64,000 nucleotides of DNA. Origin: Phallusia mammillata (Eukaryota). The notes under the pieces were generated by a model. The model was not told where the DNA came from. It was given only the letters and a program-made list of their open reading frames with translations, and searched no databases. Positions 21,267 through 34,700 of this stretch are shown one piece after another (the stretch's first letter is position 1; the number at the start of each line of letters is the position of its first letter). The stretch spans positions 23,126,001-23,190,000 of the forward strand of contig OZ281494.1 in NCBI GenBank assembly GCA_965637545.1, in the 5' to 3' direction. The position numbers were made by a program, and so were the translations under genes.

Positions 21267-21480
21267 TAACACCATCGCAATAACCAACAAAGTATTTTCA
21301 GAGGTGCTAATGGAGGTAACACCAATTACCGCGCTGTAATTACCGAAATTTATTGTCGGTTTTAGTGAACTGGCCAGCTACGCATTACATAGGGAGTTTT
21401 ACGTAGGTGCAAATCGATTTGGCGACTATAATGACATTCGAATCGGCACTGAGTTACTTCGCAACCTCCGAAGTATATAA
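21267..21480 (+). promoter_or_regulatory. Mesp proximal enhancer/promoter: clustered T-box half-sites, homeodomain sites and TATA box
   Basis: TAACACC 21267 and 21317, AGGTGCTAA 21302, AGGTGCAAA 21405, CAATTA 21323, TAATTA 21337, TATATAA 21474; non-coding exon ends at GTAAGT 21550, acceptor at 21828. Confidence 0.55.
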
Positions 21481-21840
21481 GATGTCTCCGGCAAAACAAA
21501 GATTTGTATTTGTTTGTTTGTATAGAAGCAAGTCGGATCTATATTTTTGGTAAGTATGATGGCACTAAGTATGATGGTGTTTCTTGAATTCCATTTACTA
21601 AAAACTAAAAGTATGAAGTGTGCAAAGCTAACTATGCTATTGGGAAAGTCTACGCAACTGTAACTTTTTTACGACTATTGACTACGTTAAACAACCTTTT
21701 CAAAATACTTGATTGGAGTTCGGTTATTAAAAAGTTGTTGAAAGAAATTTTGTTACCGGCTAAAAAAGTTGGTACCAAGTGATATTAATTTTTGAACATT
21801 ATTTTAAACTGTGGTTTAATTTTTAAAGAACACAAAAGGT

Positions 21841-22500
21841 ATGGATTTTGATGCTCTTGTCGACTCTTGGCTGACAGAATATCAGGAAAACAATCATTCA
21901 AGTTGTCATGGAAACGATCTTAGCACTACGCAAGTTTCAAATGAAATCAAGATGTCTCAGTTCACCCAACAAAGACATATTACCGCACAACCTGGAACTC
22001 TAGCAGAACTGCCTTTAAATTTGTTGTCTTATTTAAATCAGCAGTATAATACCGAAACAAAATTATCTAAAAAAGCCACCCAGTGCCCCGATAACAATTT
22101 TCAGAATCAACGTTTTCAATATTTTGCTGAAAAACCAAAACAGCACGTAGCGACAGCATGTGTCCAACAACTTCAATACGACGAACCCACGAGAGAGAAC
22201 CGGCAGTGCAAATACTCTACCAACCAGAGGTCGGTTAGATATCGAAGCATTCTGACCAATGAAGAGCTTGAAAATCGTTCTGCTAAGCGAAGGGCGGCCA
22301 GCGAGCGTGAAAAAATAAGAATGCAAAAAGTAACTGGACAACTGCTAAAATTAAAGCAACATTTACCTGACAGCTTGTTTGAAAACAGAAACCCTTCAAA
22401 AATTGCCATACTTCGCCAAGCGATCTATTATATCGACACACTTTCCAAAACTTTGAGAGACAGTGACGATGAAGATGTGCAAATGTTTTTTTCGCAATAA
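21841..22500 (+). CDS. Mesp: Mesp-family bHLH transcription factor (single coding exon)
   Basis: 219 aa ORF with bHLH KRRAASEREKIRMQKVTGQLLKLKQHLP..SKIAILRQAIYYIDTLSKTL matching Mesp/mesogenin ASEREKLRM..TKIETLRLAIRYI; AATAAA at and just after the stop. Confidence 0.82.
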   Translation: MDFDALVDSWLTEYQENNHSSCHGNDLSTTQVSNEIKMSQFTQQRHITAQPGTLAELPLNLLSYLNQQYNTETKLSKKATQCPDNNFQNQRFQYFAEKPKQHVATACVQQLQYDEPTRENRQCKYSTNQRSVRYRSILTNEELENRSAKRRAASEREKIRMQKVTGQLLKLKQHLPDSLFENRNPSKIAILRQAIYYIDTLSKTLRDSDDEDVQMFFSQ

Positions 22501-22876
22501 ACGTAAAATAAACGTTTTGTTTTGTGGCAATTTTATGTCGGATTTTAAAAATATGTTCTTTTAGAAAATCATTCTCCACTTTGCTTTCAACCTTTAAAAC
22601 AAAGTAATATACCAATCCTTTTAGTAAAAAAGTTAGTACTGTTCTGTTCCAATAAAGAACAGCATGGTGTTTTTTGTTACATTTTAACAAGCAACATTAG
22701 AATGATTTCTATGTGTATTTAGTTGCATTATAGGTAAAATCCCCAAGTATGGCGCGAAGAAAAGCAATAGCATTGTTTTTGCGAAACAAGAAAGAAGTAC
22801 CTTACTGCCTTTTGACAACGTTTTCCAGTTTCTTTGAATCAAAACTATGTAATCTGCTTTTTTTTCAAAATACGGT

Positions 22877-25028
22877 ATGTCAACTGATCCGACATCTTCC
22901 AACTTTGATCCATTAAAAGCGTTGTACACAGAAACCAAGAAAAAATCTGCTGAAGTAAAAGTTTATGACAACGTTGCAACTTTTGAGGCAAAGTTAAAAC
23001 GACAAGACACCAAAGGCAAAGATGACACTGTAAGTCATAACAAAGTTCCTAGTCTATTTTATGTGTGTTGCTTATTGATATGCCTGGCATTAATCATGTG
23101 TTAAACTGACCAATATAGAATGTTATAATGAAGAAATGACAAATCACATGTAATTTCTACAATAAATTTGTGATACCAGACATACCTAGAAGTAAAGGGG
23201 CCCAGCTATATTCAAAACATGATCCCGTGTTACTAAATTAAACATGCAATTGGTAAAAAATAAATTTCTAGTGCTGTGCCTAATATAAACAGCTGAGCTG
23301 ACTTAAGGTCTTTCTGGTTTTAAATCTTTTAGAATAAATGCAGGGTTAGATTGTTTCAAATAATAATATCTATTTTGATACTGGAGGTAAGGCACATGGT
23401 ATCGTTGTTAAAAATATACTCAACTCAACAGTGCATGGTAAGCAAAATATGATTAGGTTAAATACCTGAACCCATTTAATGTAGGTTAAAAAGGAGCCGA
23501 AAAAAAGCAAAAGCTTTTCACAAAATAAAAAACTGATTGAGGAAGCAGAAAAACGGGATTTAAGCAAATTAAAGGAAATGATGGAAATTAGGAAAAAAAT
23601 GGATGCAGCAAAAAATGAAGAACAAGGTGAAGAAGCAGAACTGGTAAGAAGTACAAAAAATTTACTATATTACTTATTGTGTAGGTTAGCAGCTGCGCTT
23701 AAGGACCAAAACATGTTAATAAAGACTTAACATGTTTTGGAACAAGAACAAATGAAATAGTTTTGATCTATTGTTCTGAGCTTTGTGTGCATTTTGTTAA
23801 ATACCGTGTTTAAAGTATAATAAGCATTTAAAAATATAGTAGTGTACAGGACTTGCACACCTTTATCACATTTGTTTATTGGTACAGAAAGTTATGGAAA
23901 GAAAGTCAAAGTTGCCGAAAAATGTTTTTACATCTATGAAAGGTAAGACTCCATAACTTGTTTCCAGATGTTTGTTTCATGCTAAAAAATATAAAAGAAG
24001 TCTTTGAAATCAGTGGAGGGCACCTGTATTGTTGTTCAAAATGTTTCTTTACCATACAGCTCTGCAACTTGGGCCAATGAGCCTACTGAACCAACTTGTT
24101 GAAAAACGACAACGCTGCCATGTTTACACTCGAAACTTTGTTGGATTGCGCGGGGTCCTGGTTGGTTTTATTGTGGCATTTGATAGATTTATGAATCTGG
24201 TGAGTTTACACAAATACAATATATATGTATTAGTTTTTCAACATAGCTATTGGTACATTTTTTGTCTAATATATTTTTTTTAAAGATATTTTTTTTATCT
24301 TTTTGTAACGTCTGCGTATCCCTACATTTTAAACTTTTTAAAATATTGCGAGTGTATTTGAAAGTGTAGTTGTTTGACTTGTTAACCACTGTTCTTATAA
24401 TATGTTAATTAATTGCAAGTACTTTCTGTGGTTCACATAATTATGTTGCATTTAGGCATTTTTGTTCACTCATGATAAAATATAAAACAAACATGATTTT
24501 ATTAGTGGTTGTGTTTTGTTCAGGCCATGGTTGACATTGATGATACTTTTCGCACTGCGCCACTGGGGAAAGTCAAGGATCATCAGAAACCTCTTTCTGT
24601 TTCACAAGTTAGTATTGCAAATCTGTAATAACGTTTCGACCAACAGTTAATTTTGCTTTTGTGTCTTATTTTAGCTAAGACATGCACTTGAAGCATTGAA
24701 GTTGGAAAATAAAAGAGCAGGTAAACTTGCGTTAAATTTTATAATGAATTTAAAACTTTTTTTTTTAAATTATTTGTTGTGCCACCACTATCTTACAGCT
24801 GACACCAGAGGGAAGCACAGAGCAACAACTGGTGTTACAGTTGTCCAAAAATCAACCAGCTCATCAAATATTTCTCAGAATTCCAAGGCGTTAAAGATAA
24901 ATCGGATAAGAGGAAAAGGAAAACCATTGGAAGTTTTCCATGGGGGATCCCCTCAACTATATCAACGTCATTTAAGGCAAATGTATGTTCGGGGAGACAT
25001 TATCGTGCTAATAACGCCAGATAGCTGA
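22877..25028 (+). CDS. LSM11: U7 snRNP-specific Sm-like protein LSM11
   Basis: Exons 22877-23029, 23485-23643, 23888-23942, 24060-24199, 24524-24607, 24675-24720, 24799-25028; N-terminal SSNFDPLKALY, Sm1 VYTRNFVGLRGVLVGFIVAFDRFMNLAMVDID, long spacer, Sm2 RHLRQMYVRGDIIVLI. Confidence 0.92.
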
Positions 25029-27983
25029 CAGTGAGTCTGTGTTTTGAGTTTTTGATCGTGTTAAAAGTTCCGAAATTTGTGGTTATTTTTATTTTTTGTG
25101 TGCATTATTTGTGGCTAATCTAAAACCCGTACATGTTAATGGTTTTTAAAAAGCACTCTCATATGTATTGAGTTTTTTGTCACCCTCCTTGTTTTTCCTG
25201 CTTTGCTACACAAAGTACTGTTCACTGTGTTCCGTGTTTAATCGTTCTGTTGCGTTTTAGTTGTTTTAAACAATACAAGCAAAGCAAAATTAGTCAGTTT
25301 TATTTAAAAGCAACTTTCTCTTGATGAAAAAGATCAAAAAACTATCTCTTTTCTTGCAGTTAAAATATTACAGGTTCATTTTAGGCGAAACGTCGTTCAA
25401 CTATGGTACGCCAGGGCTTTTAAGTTAGTACGCGATCAGCTTTTTGCTATTCCTAATTCAAGTCAGATCATGAAATGCAACTTACAAGACCCAACTGAAT
25501 AGCCCTGGTTTTTGACCAAACTCGTGTCTTGAAAATTGTTTGAAATTGTCAACCTTGCTGCTTTCTAGTCAGAAGAATATGTGTATCACTTGTTCTACCC
25601 TTTACAACAGGGTTTTGGCACGCAGGGATAGAAAATGTCGTCACGATCAGTGTAAGGCCGAAAACCAATGGTTTGAGGCTAACGGCCCCATGCAGCAGTT
25701 AGATTTGTAAAATCTAAGTTGCAATACCAATGTGCATTAAAATTTCAGTTTAAAGAGAATTGCAGAGACGATTGTCTCTGATTTTTTGGCATTGTTTGCA
25801 AAATACGCCCAAATGAGATCAAAAAAGTCAACTTCCCGGAAATGGATATTGATTTTTGGTCGCCATCAAACATTAGTTTTTTTTAGAAAAGGAGTTGCTG
25901 AGAAGGTCCCACTGAAGCTTGATTATGTAGGCCTACAGCCCTACACTATGCCAAGTGTAGCTTATCTGCACACTTATGACAAAGAATTACCACGATATTG
26001 TTTTGGTTGACTTTTTTGCTGAATAAAGTTTATACTGAATATAAGTATAATGTAGAATTATTTTAAGTTAGCAGAAAACTCGCAAATGAAGCTAAACAAC
26101 AATAATAAATCTGTTTCAGTTCAAGTCGTTGTCTTGTGTCTTGATTGATTGCCGTTGTTATGTGGCATCACACAATCACATTGTTTCATGTGGAATCAGG
26201 TTATTTCGCGGCAATTTTAAAACTTACTTGTGGTTACGAACTATATGACATATTATGAAACAAAAAACGCGAAAAACAAGTGACCTCTGCAAAGGTCAAA
26301 ACGCTTTTTTTCTGAAGAGCAATTTTTAGAATGTCGCCGCGTTTAAGTGTAACACAAAACTTTTAAACCGTGCAACCGCCTAGAATGCGTTGTAAAGAAT
26401 TCGAGCAGCGATCTGGACCGCCTCAGGCACTGCATAGCTTTCACACCGCAACCCCGTTTTTTCATGACCTCATCTTTAGAACGTTGAGTATTATGACGTG
26501 ACAATACTTTGGTACAGCGCGAAAGCCGCTTGTCAAGTGCGGTCTGTCAGGAATGTGGATAATCTGTGGCAGGGAGTTTTCATTTAGAAGGTGTGTGATC
26601 AATTGAACACTCTGAACAAACGTGTGAGAACAAGCCTTCACCACCGGGTCTTTGACGATGTATTACGCCTTCTAGCACCATTTAAACGCCTTCGACTAAC
26701 ACCAATCATAGATCGTTTACATGTAAACTGATTTTAAAAGCTTTGCACTAATTTCTTTTAATTTACTGGAAAGTTCCATAAATACACACAAAAATGTGGA
26801 TCAATGAAAATTAAGGATTGGTTTGGACTTTGAATACAATGAAAGTTAGCAAGGTAAGCAACCTACGGGGCAATTGCACCAGCTCTCGCTGCCTGTTCGT
26901 TTTATAACTTGTGATAACAACCTTTGCCTGATACAACACAGAAATCCTTACTAATGAGTTAGGGCTAGGCCGTGGGAAGACAATTTTTTTCGGGAAGAAC
27001 TAACGTTGGTGATTGGTTAAGATGTGGTCTGCAGGAAACAATTTAAATTTTGGAAGTGTGTTTTTGAAGTTGAATGTGACCATAATAACAGTAGTGGTTC
27101 GTAATCGAAACAAAAATGAAGTTAACCACGTGGTGTCGCTACTGAAACTTTAACTATGGTTTTGGAATTATAACTTTAGACAAATCAAATGATATGATTG
27201 TAGTTCTTCTGGCGTGTTTGAGTTCAATCAAAGTGAACGAAATACTACAAATTACAAGTTGTCAATTAAAGCCGTTCTGTCGGCATCGAACTTTATATTG
27301 GGCCAACAAACGTAGTCCATGTTGGTGGTCTGACAAATGTTGTGGTTACGGTCTATTGGCTTTTCGCAGCCTTTTACCACCCTTCTTGCGCGGAAAATAT
27401 GTACAAAACTGCTTGCTGGTGCCCTTGCGTCTTTTACCCTAAAATGTTTTCAAAACAAGTTAATACAAGGCATTTATGACTATGTGAAGCTAATGCCCCC
27501 GCCTGTGTAACGTGAAAACTTAGCTAAGTTTAATTTCTGTTATATACGTTTATGATGGAACCGTTTGCGATTGTTGTGTATCAAATAGTTTGTGATGTGC
27601 GAATTAAAAGAACTATGCTTTATTTGCAACACTTAATTTTCGTTGACGAAAAGTAGAAATTAAATTCACATAAACTTGAAACCCAAAACGGTCATTAAAT
27701 TTGCAATAAAACTTTGCAGAATGACGTAATAAAAATTCTCCCGCGCGATGAAAAATCGCCCACTCGCTGAATTCCTCCCATGGTTTTCAGCCCAGTGCAA
27801 AAGGGTTAGGCGTTCTGCTCTATTGCGCCTCACTGCACAAGCTCTACGCTCTTTGATCTATAACCGTTCGTTGTAGCTGACGTCATAGTGCGCTAAAATC
27901 GTGAGAAAAAATCGGCTCTCCTGGAATGAGGAGAGCGTAAAGCAAAGAGCAGTTTCAAGTTTCTTTATTATGCGGCGTCTGCG

Positions 27984-28214
27984 CTACAGCTTGAGGCTTC
28001 TTATCTGCTGTGCTCGTTCAAATTCCACTGCTGGAATTTGTCTTTTTTTCGTAGCAGCAAATTGCTGAAATTCCGGAGTTTGGGCTGTTTGTTTCTTATC
28101 TGCTCGAAGCTTGTCTCTTTCTGCTTTAGCCACGACGATTGCGGCTAACATTGCGTAATTCTTTGCCGTCTGCGCCAGTTTTTGCGCACGAATAATTTCA
28201 GCTTTGTTTCGCAT
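27984..28214 (-). CDS. Candidate 76-aa Ala/Lys/Gln-rich small protein of unknown function
   Basis: ORF with AAAAATG context, minus-strand acceptor (tttttag) near 28339, AATAAA 14 nt after the stop (27964-27969); no recognisable domain. Confidence 0.25.
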   Translation of the reverse strand: MRNKAEIIRAQKLAQTAKNYAMLAAIVVAKAERDKLRADKKQTAQTPEFQQFAATKKRQIPAVEFERAQQIRSLKL

Positions 28215-31200
28215 TTTTCTGCATTTTTAGGCAATGAAAAGTAGGTCGACTTGAAACTTGCCGCTGATTTAAACAACTCAGACACGTTGTGTTCCTATTT
28301 TGCGGCAAACTGGACGACTTTGTTTTACGATATCTTTTCTAAAAATGGAAATTTGACATAAAATAAAGGAGAGTCTGCAAAACCAGCACATGTGCATTAT
28401 AATTAACACAATCCTTCTCTTAATATTTCACCACATCAATTGATAAGTCCAATCCTAAACCCATTTCCAAACAACCCCAGTGCAGATCACCCTCAAAAGT
28501 TGTACTAATCAATGCCGTTTGTTATGCCCGTAAGTCTCAAAAGGCCGGAATAATAACCTTTTAACGCCTTGGAATATATACTTCATAATGTAAGAGATTT
28601 CGTACATCAACACCTTTAACGGCAATCTGCTGACAATTTAAAGACAAAGTATTCACGATACGAAATTCCGTGACACATGCATTGTGTTTTTTTTTACGTG
28701 GGTAATCCCCAGGTGTTTGCTTGTAGCGTGAATTTGTGAATCAACTTTATAGTGAATGTTGACCTAAATGGGTTTGAAAAACACAAATGCTTATTGTCAA
28801 AACATTCTTCTCATTTTAATCTGTTGTGTATCACTATTATATCAAGTATAATATTGTAAGGTTCAACTCAAAAAATTTACTTCTTACTCAAAGGCAATAA
28901 TGCTATTGACTCTCGTTTGGTCGAGTAAACGTTCTACGAAATGTATCCATTAATTTGATATTCAGGTTTGCAAACATGTCAAAGTTGTCGCCCTGTTGCA
29001 CTAATTACAAAACAACAGCAGTTGCAGCAGTACGTTTTTAAGTTTAGAAGCGTTATTTGGCTGCAGAGTACTTACAGACAGGATATTGGTGGTAAACAAC
29101 TTACCTAGCACTTTAAAGGTTCATGCAAAAGCTACAATTAGACAGTTGCGTTGGTATAATATACCGTTGCTTGGAAGCCAATGTAAATATTAAGTCCTCG
29201 AGATACGCGCAACAACCGCAAAACGAATTTTCCAACATGCAGAAACGATTGGTCCGCTTCTATTTGATTTTTCGTGTTTTCGTGTTACGTTTTGAATTCG
29301 TCTGAGAAAAGCAAAATTCGATTTTAATTGACGTTATGCTGCAAGTTTTTGTTTTAACTGACAGAGCAATAAGCTGCTTGTTGGATGCAAAATTTTCAGA
29401 GGCGATATCTTTGGAAATTAAACTCCTTGTTTTTCACAAACAATTAACTCTTCTATTTTTTATCTTTTAACGATTTTTTCCGAACTTTGAACTAAAAAAA
29501 CTGAGAATGCTACAAACACTTTTGGCGCCAGCACGCAAAGAATTTTTTTTACGTTGGGAAAATGACTGCAAATTGTTTTTCAATCGAACCTACGTACTGG
29601 TAGTCTTATTCAACAAACAGTTACCAAGAAGTAAACATGATTTTCTTTCTCCCACAAATTTCACAGAGTCGAATTCACTTATTTGTAAATACACACCCTC
29701 TGAAAAATTAGCCCACGTGTTAACGCAACGTCACAGATCTACATGACGTATATTTCGTAGAATAAGCGCGGTTAATCATGTGTAGAGCATGTGCTTTCGT
29801 TTCACGATATCTCTGTTTGAAATGTCATCTGTCTGGCGATTGTGGAACCGCCGCCGAGAACAATCATTAATATTCCGCCTATAGGTGCCAAGCGCTGCGA
29901 ATGGGTTTACAACAAGGCTGGCATGTAGTAATGTAGTTAGCGTAGTCGAGCTACATACCCCAGTAAGATTACAGTTATTGTCATAAGCACCTTTGATTTA
30001 TTCCGGTTAAGCTATATGTGTTTAAAATATGTTTCGTATTTGGCAGTAGTGTGAGCATATTACATCACACTTGTTATAACTAATAACTGTAAATTTACCA
30101 ACAAACACGACCATTTAAAACAAATAACGTTATTTTACCAAAGAAAAACGTAGCCCGCGCAACTCATCACTAACATCCCTTTTTCGTGATTCACACAGTA
30201 ACTTACCACAGTAAATGACACAATTGTGTTCATAAACATCCTACACTGAAATTCCTTTGGTATCACATTCTGGTTGTTATACACAAAACTCCCTGATCGA
30301 GGGTTAAACCTCGTCGAAAAAATTCACTGGATTTTAAAACGATGAGTCATTATATCTGGAGTTACCGATGAGAAACTAATGTCTGAGTCATCACAATTCA
30401 ATCGATGGGGCGGGTATTATTTGTATGTGGATCGTGTTGCGAAATTTTAAAGGTGTTGTTCTCTGTGAGTCTTCCAATTCAAAATTGTTCAACGATCTAA
30501 TTGTATTTGCTGTTTGGGTGCAGTATATATTGATGTGTGAGAACGTGAGATAGGAGTTCACGAGTTTACCTGAGGTAAGAGTCGTTATATATAAAGTGTT
30601 TAGAAACATTAAATATTAATAATTTAGTATTGCGTGCATGCTATTTACTATATTAAAAAAAATGTTTTCAAAATATTGGAAAAAAGGCTAACAATACTTT
30701 AATCGCAAACTTCAGGCATTGCCAAAGTCGAAACTCGGTAAACCAGGCTTCACAAGTAATTGTGTCATTCTTAGAAGTTAGCCGAAGTGCAATGATGAAC
30801 AACAGGGATTTGTTGGGTTTTGTGAGTTAAGAAAACTCGGTCAGAAGAGAATAGATTTAAAGGGGTGTAAGAGGTGCTTGTCGGTCTGACACAAGTGTGT
30901 CACATCTCACAAGCCAATTGGACCTTGTTCCCAATTCAATAAACAAACATTGTTGACCCGGGGATAAAAAAGTTGGTTTACTTTCCGTTGTGTGATGTGG
31001 TTTTGCCTGTTACCGGTTTTGCAATGACTTGATTTCAGATCCTAAGCTTTTGTGTTTGTCTCATCCATGAGTTTATTGATATACTTTTATCAGTGTAACA
31101 TATCGTACAGTATACTAGTGGGTCCAATTTTCGATAACATTTGATCTACTTCGCAATGTTTCCAGTACATTAAAACCTGCATGTCTTCAAGGAAAACTAT

Positions 31201-31759
31201 CGAAAACAATTGACTTCGTTCTCCTTTAATGACACGACAAAACGTTTTGGGGTACGTATTGTCGCTCAGTCTGGACGCAACGTTTTTAAGTGAGTTATGT
31301 ACCAATACGGCTGCGTTGAGATTAATTGCTTCCGCTACGTCATAGCACGAGCTGGCCACCCCTGCAAGTCGATTTCAGCCCAGCGTCACTTCGCTCTGTA
31401 CATGGGATTTAACTGGGCGTCAGCTTGAAGTGACTGAAAGCCGAAGTGCAGGCTACTTTGCGGTCAGCAATTACTTTGTTGCTGGTGACATTTTTTAAAC
31501 ATATCTATATTTGTTTACGTTTTTTGTTTGTTTGGGGTGACTTAGATGTTTAGAGCAAACATTTAGATTGTTTTGTACGTGAAATGTGTAGCTAGCTTTA
31601 CTACCAAAATGTTTAAGTCGTTCACTGCAAGTTCAAGCCATTCTTCGTCGAGTCGGGCAATTCCCTTGCGCTTTTAAGAATCAAAACTTTCATATTACTA
31701 GTAACTCCACATAACCAGGCGATTGTGCTTCAAATGTTACGCAATGAATGGCGGACGCC

Positions 31760-34700
31760 CATGATTGGTTGTCGCTTTGAATCGCTTCCTGCAGACTTCC
31801 TCAGGGCCGACCGCGCGCGTCAACGTGTGTGTGTGCATGTTCGAAGAACATATGTAGCCAAATGGCGCGTCTGAAAACGGCAGTTCTATTCCTAGGGCTA
31901 CTTTGACGAAGGCAGACTATCGATTGGAAGCTGCTGGCTAAACAAAGTGGAGGTGCTGTCTCTGTCAGCATTTGAGGTCTTGCTGGGCTGCAGTAAATAG
32001 TATGGAAGTTATGATTTGAGGTAAGTCAACTTCTCCCAATTGATGTATTAATGATTGTTGTAAAATTTGTATAAATGTACATTTTGTGTAGTAAGAATGA
32101 TACCTAACTGTCTAAACCTGGTTTGATGAGCAACAAATAAATACGATTGTCAACAAAAAATAGGTTAATCTACTTTATTTGGCGATTAGAGTACTGTTTG
32201 TTAAAAGCTTGTTTGTGTGTGCATACAGTTGAATTCGTTCCATAGTACCAACTAAATAATTTTTAATTGCAGACTTGGGGGCAAAACACGTGTGACATTG
32301 GTTTACATTTTGAATTATTGCTCATACCACTATTGTTTTGCAAAGCAAAAAGTAGACAAACTCATTATGTGTAACAATGAGATCACCACGCCCAACGATT
32401 TTGGCGGGAAAGTTTCGGAGCCGCATGGTCCATTCAACTGACTGCGGTGTTGGTTAACATAAACAATGTACGGGTAGTTTTAGCTCTTATACCTTGCAAC
32501 TTTGGCGCTAATTGTTTTGAAATAAATAATTTTAAAAAATAGGGAATAACTTTAAAGTTATCAACAAACTTGCCATTTTCATACTAGATGCTCACAGTTA
32601 CTTTAAAAATTGTGATTTGGCATCCGGTAGGACACTGTTTAATTATGATTTGCCAATTTCTCACAGGATATATTAAAAAGTTATGACAGTTTGCTTCGAT
32701 GAATCATTAGGAGGAAAGTAATCTAAACCGTTTGCTATGTGACAACTAGCTATTGCCTGTGCCAAAGTATGTAGGTTTGTCGCAATAACATTACTAAATA
32801 CCAAACATAGCCTACACTTAGTTCGTGAGTTAAGATGCTGTGAAAGGTTGTCTGTGTGGTGAATTTGCATTGTAGTTGAAAAAAGGGTACCGACTTCCGG
32901 AAGTATTGATTGGGCAGTTCAGTTGCTTTCGGGCCCGGGCCACTGATTAAAAAAAATGTTTTCTGTCAGCTATTGTGGTCAAACAATACATGCTATTCTA
33001 TTGTTTTTTAATCTTCATGAATGGTAGACCAAGACCATAAATCACGAGAAATAGTTGTTTAAATTCTTACCTATTTCAGCGCTGTTGACCACGTTGTCTA
33101 GTGCTAGTAGTGTGACGAGTTGACGACGTGTTCTTGGTTGTTAAAAGTTGTCGTGCATAATTACACTTCTGCGATTCTGTTTGGCCCAGAGCTATACGAA
33201 TTCAATTGACTGGAAGTATCGTAGATGACTTGTCGCGTCACCCGGCAATTACAACGGAAACCCGGTAGTTTATATGTGTAATCTTGTAGTCTTGCGATTG
33301 CGAAATACTTATGAATGCCTGGACTCCGAAATTGTTTTTTACTTGATGTAATTAGGTCGTGCTGCTGAAATGTAAAACATTTGGTGCTTTAAATGTTTAA
33401 ACATTAAAAAATCGAGGTGGTATTTTAATGGTCAATTTTGTAAGTGAAAATCTTAGCGTGCAACAAATGCCGTAAAAACATTTCAAGCATTCGAAGCCTT
33501 TAGCTGGGCCAGCAAGCTTTGCAGAAAACCCTACTTTGACATGCGTGTGCGTGAAAGGTTGCACGTGCGTGTGCGTTTGCTGCCGCAGCAAGACGTATGC
33601 GAAGCATGGAGGCTTTTATGTCTTGGTGGTGGGGCATAGTAAAAGCAACCTGACGCAGCTAACCCGGACAGGAAGTAAAAAATGGCGGGAAACCATTTCC
33701 ACGCGGCTTGCAGACTAGAGGGAGTGGTTAGCTGAGATCGTGCGACACTGGGAAAAAAACGAGGTCACAGTTTGCTTTTTTCTTGCTGCTTTGTTGAAAC
33801 TGGGTCCGGACGCGCGGTCGTTACACATGGTCGCGCCAAGTTTGCTTTAGAACGCGGTCATTATAAGCGCACAATGGTAAGAGAGAGAGCTCGCCGCAGG
33901 CGCCTCTCGTCGCTGTTTGCTGAAAACAACGTGGCAAAATGCGGCGCTATATAGAGTAGAGATTCGCCTTTTTCTTTGCGCATTCCAGAGCAGCGCCCTG
34001 CACGCGATGCGAGAGTGAGAATCGCCCAATGACAGCCTTGCACTGCTGATGTAAGTTTGCTGCCGATTTTCTGGTTAAAGTTTAAGCTTTCGAAGGGGTC
34101 GTGCTCGAAGCAATGAGTTCAGCTGGTGACAGAGCAGATTTTATTTTTACCTTTATCCAAATTAAATCAAGTACTTTGAAATTCTCGCCACTTAAACACT
34201 GCAAATTTAGACAGAACAGGTATAGGATTGTAAAAAAATACATTTACTACTTTGCGCACATCCCAAATTAAACGAGTGCTCATCGGCCGCACTAAAGAAT
34301 GAAACGATCATAGGCGCTATAAATTAATAATGACCTGCGGTAGCTGTGATGGAAAGAGAATGGACCAGGAATGTGTTTCATTGATGCATTGTTGTCAGTT
34401 GAAAGTGTGCGACAGGCCAATGCCCGGTGTTCTGACGTCACAGTGGAGGTATACCTTGTTGTGGTTACAATTACAACGGTAGCCTTCCCTGTAGCACTAG
34501 AACGGGAACTTTCGTGGTCGATGCTGCTTGCAAACAAACAAGGAATGTCTTCTCTGTAATGGAATCAAGATGGCAATTTGCAAACCAAGGCTTGGTGATA
34601 GGCGCATTAGGGAAATAACTATCCCTGGCTTGCATTATACCCTTTTTAAATTTTGGCCAAGAAGATGTTAGAAAGTGTTTAAAAATGTAATCACTTTATA

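Noticed and set aside
26673-26692. miR-29-like TAGCACCATTT
   Set aside because: No complementary arm on either side, so no precursor hairpin.
27802-27810. Telomerase-template-like CCTAACCCT on the minus strand
   Set aside because: I could not build a pseudoknot (P2b/P3) or H/ACA domain downstream; a 9-mer alone is not enough.
31862-31907. Signal-peptide-like MARLKTAVLFLGLL ending in CTT TGA C (frameshift or Sec read-through idea)
   Set aside because: All continuation frames close within ~35 codons and I see no SECIS; the ATG is part of a YY1-like motif.
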